From Alphaproteobacteria bacterium (GTDB taxonomy: Bacteria > Pseudomonadota > Alphaproteobacteria > SP197): DNA of 64,000 nt. Of this stretch, positions 59,912 to 64,000 are shown piece after piece. The notes under the pieces were generated by a model. It worked only from the letters and a program-made list of their open reading frames with translations, searched no databases and was not told the origin of the DNA. Numbering within the stretch: the first letter of the stretch is position 1; every line of letters starts with the position of its first letter. Location of the stretch: assembly GCA_965228895.1 (NCBI GenBank), contig OZ245842.1:768001-832000 (forward strand), written 5' to 3'. A program made the position numbers and the translations under genes.

Positions 59912-60694
59912 ATGGCCGAGTTTCGACTGCCGCGCAATTCGCGATGGAGCGACGGCAAGACCCATAAAGCGCCGGATGGTGCCACCGACGTCAAGTCGTT
60001 CCGCGTCTACCGTTACGACCCCGACAGTGGCGACAACCCGACGGTCGACACGTTCGAGGTGGACTTGAACAAATGCGGGCCGATGGTTCTGGACGCGCTG
60101 ATCAAGATCAAAAACGAGACAGACGCTTCGCTGACGTTCCGCCGCTCATGCCGCGAAGGCATCTGCGGTTCCTGCGCCATGAACATCGACGGCACTAACA
60201 CACTGGCTTGTCTGAAGCCGATCGACGACGTCAAGGACGACGTCAAGATCTTTCCGCTGCCGCACATGGCGGTGGTCAAGGACCTGGTGCCCGACCTCAA
60301 CCACATGTACGAGCAGTTGGCGTCGATCAAGCCGTGGATGCGCAACGACACGCCGGCCTCGCCGGATAAGGAGCGGCTGCAGTCCCCGGAAGAGCGTGCG
60401 CAGCTCGACGGCCTCTATGAATGCATTCTCTGCTTCTGTTGCCAGACCAGTTGCCCGAGCTACTGGTGGAACTCCGACCGCTACCTCGGCCCCGCGGTTC
60501 TGTTGCAGGCCTATCGCTGGCTGGCCGATAGCCGCGATGAGGCAACCGGTGAGCGGCTCGATGAGCTGGAAGATCCGTTCAAGCTCTACCGCTGCCACAC
60601 CATCATGAACTGCGCCAAGGCCTGTCCGAAACATCTGAACCCGGCCAAGGCGATCGCCGAGACCAAAAAGATGATGGTCGAGCGGCAGGGATAG
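59912..60694 (+). CDS. sdhB: Succinate dehydrogenase iron-sulfur subunit
   Basis: [22 protein letters not shown] and [12 protein letters not shown] motifs. Confidence 0.98.
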   Translation: MAEFRLPRNSRWSDGKTHKAPDGATDVKSFRVYRYDPDSGDNPTVDTFEVDLNKCGPMVLDALIKIKNETDASLTFRRSCREGICGSCAMNIDGTNTLACLKPIDDVKDDVKIFPLPHMAVVKDLVPDLNHMYEQLASIKPWMRNDTPASPDKERLQSPEERAQLDGLYECILCFCCQTSCPSYWWNSDRYLGPAVLLQAYRWLADSRDEATGERLDELEDPFKLYRCHTIMNCAKACPKHLNPAKAIAETKKMMVERQG

Positions 60695-60755
60695 CCGAGG
60701 CTCGTCAAACGGCGCCGAGGTCCAAAGAACGGCCTCAACTCAGCAATGACGCGTT

Positions 60756-60779
60756 CCGGCTCGCGCTTCGCTTGGCCGG
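60756..60779. repeat. Short REP-like hairpin between convergent sdhB and cyclase genes
   Basis: Minus strand reads CCGGC-CAAGCGAAGCGCGA-GCCGG, resembling alphaproteobacterial REP cores. Confidence 0.4.
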
Positions 60780-60806
60780 GGTGCGGGTGCAGTTTGTGGT
60801 TGGGCG

Positions 60807-62036
60807 TTAGCCGCCGTCTGAAGGCGGCGCGAAGACGTCGACCGGGTTGGGAATGCCCTTCAAGACGTGGCTTCCCAGATCTTCCCATGGCACGTCCAAG
60901 ACCCCGGCGAATTCGGCGCTTGCCAAGAGCGGCCGGTCGAGTGTCTTGGTCAGGGCTTCGATGCGTGCGACCTGATTGGCCGCCGGTCCGACGACCGTGA
61001 ACTGAAGGCGTTGCGGCACGCCGATATTGCCATAGGTCAGATCGCCGATATGAAGCGCCAGGCCGCAGGTCAGGCGGCTTTCGCCGGCTTCGTGACGGAC
61101 GACGTTGATCTCGTCCATGCGTTCGCCAGCCTCCTTGGCGGCGGCCAGCGCCTTGGTCGCGGCAGCCTTGTCGCCGGCTTCGGCGGTCGGGAAGATGGCA
61201 AGGACGGCGTCGCCGATCAGCAGCAGGACCTGTCCGCCATGATCCAGCACGGCGCCCGCCGTGCACTCGAAGTAGCTGTTGAGTGCGGCCAGATAATCGG
61301 CCGGTGACAGCAGCTCGGCCAGGCGTGTCGAGTTTCTGAGATCCGAATACCAGATGACCGCGTGGATCGACTCGCCGTCGCCGCGCTTGATGCGGCCGTC
61401 CAAAACGCGGCGGCCCGGATCGGGGCCCAGATAGGTGGTGACGATGTTCTGGGTTACCTCGGTCCTGATCCTGACCTTGCAGGCGACGGCGAGCCGCTTC
61501 TGGATGCGCCGAAGCGAGCGGATGTCGGTTTCGCTGAAGCCGCCCGGCCGGTCGGTGGTCCAGGAGACGAAGATGCCGTCGCCGCTGGCCTCCATGGTCG
61601 AGGAGGGGCCGAACGGCACATTGCCGGCCAGATAGTCGGTGGCCCCTTGTTCGGTCAGATCCTCGAGCACGGGAAAGTCGAGCAGGGTGTCATTGCCTTC
61701 GAGCTTGCGGCGCAGATACGGCACGCCGCTATCGAGCATGTGAAAGAAGGGACTCTTGCGGAACACCTCGTTGCCGACCTGGCCGTGTGGCATTTCGTAC
61801 GTGCCCATGCCATGGCCGCGATGCCAGGTCAGCCATATCGCGCCAAACAGCGGGTGTAGCGTGCGATAGCTCACCATGGCGCGCGACAGCGGCACGCCGG
61901 CCGCGTGCAGGCGCTGGCAACAGCCCTTGACCAGTTCGGTCATGGTCGTGTCGGCCAGGGCCTCATCCATCAGCCAGTCGGCCACGACGTCGATAAAGGC
62001 GAGGTCGAGGCCCGGTTCATCCAGGGGTTTTGACAT
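60807..62036 (-). CDS. Class III adenylate/guanylate cyclase domain protein with N-terminal GAF-like region
   Basis: WYSDLRNST, IGDAVLAIF, LHIGDLTYGNIG and GPAANQVARIE motifs. Confidence 0.85.
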   Translation of the reverse strand: MSKPLDEPGLDLAFIDVVADWLMDEALADTTMTELVKGCCQRLHAAGVPLSRAMVSYRTLHPLFGAIWLTWHRGHGMGTYEMPHGQVGNEVFRKSPFFHMLDSGVPYLRRKLEGNDTLLDFPVLEDLTEQGATDYLAGNVPFGPSSTMEASGDGIFVSWTTDRPGGFSETDIRSLRRIQKRLAVACKVRIRTEVTQNIVTTYLGPDPGRRVLDGRIKRGDGESIHAVIWYSDLRNSTRLAELLSPADYLAALNSYFECTAGAVLDHGGQVLLLIGDAVLAIFPTAEAGDKAAATKALAAAKEAGERMDEINVVRHEAGESRLTCGLALHIGDLTYGNIGVPQRLQFTVVGPAANQVARIEALTKTLDRPLLASAEFAGVLDVPWEDLGSHVLKGIPNPVDVFAPPSDGG

Positions 62037-62107
62037 GGCTGAGATATAGACCATTAAGCGCGCGATACCAGTCAGACTTGGTTGAACCAGGATCGCGTCA
62101 GCAGCTC

Positions 62108-62144
62108 TTGACATATTTTGATATTTCCATAATTATCAAAGTAT
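62108..62144 (+). promoter_or_regulatory. arsR promoter/operator, probably producing a leaderless mRNA
   Basis: TTGACA-N17-AATTAT with the ATG 7 nt after the -10 element; imperfect 11-bp IR ATATTTTGATA / TATCAAAGTAT overlapping the promoter; no SD. Confidence 0.7.
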
Positions 62145-62499
62145 GAAGGCAACGGAAACCATCGAGGCGTTGCAGGCGCTTGCCCAGGAACATCGGTTGG
62201 CGGCGTTTCGTCTGCTGGTCGAAGCCGGTCCGCCAGGCCTGGCGGCTGGCGAGATCGCGCGCAATTTGAGTGTCGCGCCGGCCACCCTTTCGTTCCATTT
62301 GAACCAGTTGGCCCAGGCCGGGCTGGTTGGTTCACGCCGGGACGGGCGCTCGATCATTTATGCCGCGAACTTCGAGGCGATGGAGGATCTGGTCGGTTTC
62401 CTGACCGAGAACTGCTGCCGGGGATCCGGCGACATCTGCGCGCCGCCCTTGACCCTATCGAAAGCCAAGGATCTCTTGCTTGAGGAGAACGAGCCATGA
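62143..62499 (+). CDS. arsR: ArsR/SmtB family repressor, C-terminal CC type
   Basis: RLAAFRLL, PATLSFHL HTH and LTENCCRG..C As(III) site. Confidence 0.9.
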   Translation: MKATETIEALQALAQEHRLAAFRLLVEAGPPGLAAGEIARNLSVAPATLSFHLNQLAQAGLVGSRRDGRSIIYAANFEAMEDLVGFLTENCCRGSGDICAPPLTLSKAKDLLLEENEP

Positions 62500-62957
62500 A
62501 ACGGCTGCACGTCAGCGTCAACGTCGAGGACCTGGACCAGGCCATCACGTTTTACTCCGCCCTGTTCGGTGCTGAGCCGGACGTGGTGAAGGACGACTAC
62601 GCCCGCTGGCGCCTGGACGAGCCTTGCGTCAACTTCGCGACGACCTCGCGCGATCGCAAACCCGGTGTCGACCACCTGGGTATCGATGTCGACGACCGCG
62701 CAGAATTGGACGAGGTGACCGATCGCCTTAAGGCCGCCGGTCAGGCGACCAGTAACCTGAGCGAAGGCGCGTGCTGTTATCACCAGTCGGCGAAGTCGTG
62801 GACGGTCGATCCCGGCGGCGTCGCCTGGGAGACGTTCCATACCTACGGCAAATCGGTCACCTACGGCACCGACACCCTGGACGAGACCAACATCGCGCAG
62901 ATGGCGGCCGAGAACGATGCCCCACATGAATCGAAGGTGCGGGGCTCTTGTTGCTGA
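62496..62957 (+). CDS. arsI: ArsI/CadI family glyoxalase-fold metalloenzyme (putative C-As lyase)
   Basis: RLHVSV, VDHLGI and ACCY...KSWTVDPGGVAWETF motifs; C-terminal CC. Confidence 0.8.
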   Translation: MKRLHVSVNVEDLDQAITFYSALFGAEPDVVKDDYARWRLDEPCVNFATTSRDRKPGVDHLGIDVDDRAELDEVTDRLKAAGQATSNLSEGACCYHQSAKSWTVDPGGVAWETFHTYGKSVTYGTDTLDETNIAQMAAENDAPHESKVRGSCC

Positions 62958-63051
62958 ACGGTCCGCGCCGAGGCGGATTTCCGCGACGACACAAATGTGA
63001 CATCGAAGGGGGCTAGTATGCCACGGCGTATGGCAGTGGGGAGGTCGGGGC

Positions 63052-63567
63052 ATGGGCGACACGACGAACAAACCCTTCAATGTACTTTTTTTGTGCACCG
63101 GCAATTCGGCGCGCAGCATCATGGCCGAGGCCATTTTGGGGCTTTGGGGCCAGAAGAAGTTCAGCGCCTACAGCGCGGGCAGCCACCCGACCGGCACGGT
63201 GAACCCGCACGCCATCGCGTTGTTGGAAAAACGCAATTTGCTGACGGCCGATCTCCGGTCAAAGTCGTGGGACGAGTTCGCGCAAGAGGGCGCGCCGGCG
63301 CTCGACTTCGTCTTCACGGTCTGCGATCAGGCTGCCGCAGAGGTGTGTCCGGTATGGCCGGGTCAGCCGATCTCAGCGCATTGGGGGGTGCCCGATCCGG
63401 CTGTCGAGATCGACGAGGCGAAGATCGACAAGGCGTTCTTGAACGCCTTCCTGACGCTCGAAGCGCGTATCAAGCTCTTCACGGCGCTGCCCATCACGTC
63501 TCTCGACAAACTGGCGCTCCAGGAGCGTGTCGACAGCATCGGCCGGGACCAGGACAGAGCTTCCTAG
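63052..63567 (+). CDS. arsC: Arsenate reductase ArsC (LMW-PTP fold)
   Basis: CTGNSARS, SAGSHP, TVCD..AEVCPVWPGQP and HWGVPDP motifs. Confidence 0.92.
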   Translation: MGDTTNKPFNVLFLCTGNSARSIMAEAILGLWGQKKFSAYSAGSHPTGTVNPHAIALLEKRNLLTADLRSKSWDEFAQEGAPALDFVFTVCDQAAAEVCPVWPGQPISAHWGVPDPAVEIDEAKIDKAFLNAFLTLEARIKLFTALPITSLDKLALQERVDSIGRDQDRAS

Positions 63568-63622
63568 ACCCCCGCGTTCGCCGGAGGGTTTCACTCCGTT
63601 CACGACTTCTGTGTGAGACATC

Positions 63623-64000
63623 ATGACATTTGATTTGGCGCGCCGTCTGGCGGCGGAGGCCCTGGGCACGGCGTTTTTGCTGGCGACCGTGGTCGGCTCC
63701 GGCATCATGGCCGAGTCGCTGGCCGGCGGTAACGTGGCGCTGGCGTTGCTCGGCAACACGATCCCGACCGGCGCCATCCTGATCGTGCTGATCATCATGT
63801 TCGGGCCGATCTCCGGCGCCCATTTCAACCCGGCGGTGACGCTCGCCTTCGCGCTCAAACGCCAGATCAGCCTGCGCGACGGCGGCCTCTACGTCGTCGT
63901 CCAGATCATCGGCGGCCTGATTGGCGTCATCGCCGCCCACATCATGTTCGACGTCGCCATGATCCAGGAATCGGTCAAGGCGCGCGCCGGGCCCGCCCAA
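63623..64000 (+). CDS. aqpS: MIP family aquaglyceroporin AqpS-like (truncated by window edge)
   Basis: Translated by hand: MTFDLARRLAAEALGTAFLLATVVGSGIMAE...SGAHFNPAVTL, with an NPA motif; ars operon context. Confidence 0.85.
   Translation, partial: MTFDLARRLAAEALGTAFLLATVVGSGIMAESLAGGNVALALLGNTIPTGAILIVLIIMFGPISGAHFNPAVTLAFALKRQISLRDGGLYVVVQIIGGLIGVIAAHIMFDVAMIQESVKARAGPAQ

Noticed and set aside
57719-59965. 748-aa antisense ORF over sdhDA (similarly 24837..26678, 42010..43548, 50240..51373, 45955..46914)
   Set aside because: Shadow ORFs produced by GC-rich codon bias opposite well-conserved genes; no recognisable motifs.

Overview
A 64-kb window of GC-rich alphaproteobacterial chromosome; the gene order suggests a Rhodospirillales-like organism, but that is inference. 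From left to right it holds: (1) an acpXL-fabZXL-fabF2XL-fabF1XL-(extra FabG-like)-adhA2XL-lpxXL cluster for very-long-chain fatty acylation of lipid A; (2) an accessory catabolic block with an N,N-dimethylformamidase beta-subunit homolog, a GFA protein, an MbnH-type di-heme enzyme, a serine hydrolase, two atypical ureohydrolases, a pyridoxine 4-oxidase-like GMC enzyme, a class II aldolase, an Ldh2 oxidoreductase, OsmC, a methyltransferase and a TauD dioxygenase; (3) an OxyR-like LysR divergent from a cupredoxin-like, MerA-like and TVP38 module; (4) TAXI, ghrA, yejABEF, two tandem HisN-like IMPases, HAD, GATase, a sorbosone dehydrogenase-like protein, NUDIX and ClpP; (5) the core block ftsY-mtaB-dapF / ffh-rpsP-rimM-trmD-rplS-leuCD-leuB / asd; (6) pdxY, mcl2-mch, sdhCDAB, a class III cyclase and an arsR-arsI-arsC-aqpS arsenic operon. 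The most notable signal missing from the ORF track lies upstream of asd: a 32-codon leader peptide with a Met-Thr-Lys-Thr-Thr-Thr-Lys-Thr run, followed by an antiterminator/terminator pair. It is a candidate ribosome-mediated attenuator sensing the aspartate-family end products Thr, Lys and Met. Two families of palindromic repeats are also present, one with compensatory base changes between copies and one supplying the stop codon of a gene. I found no rRNA, tRNA, CRISPR array or transposase. Protein family calls rest on motifs and remembered reference sequences, not on database searches.
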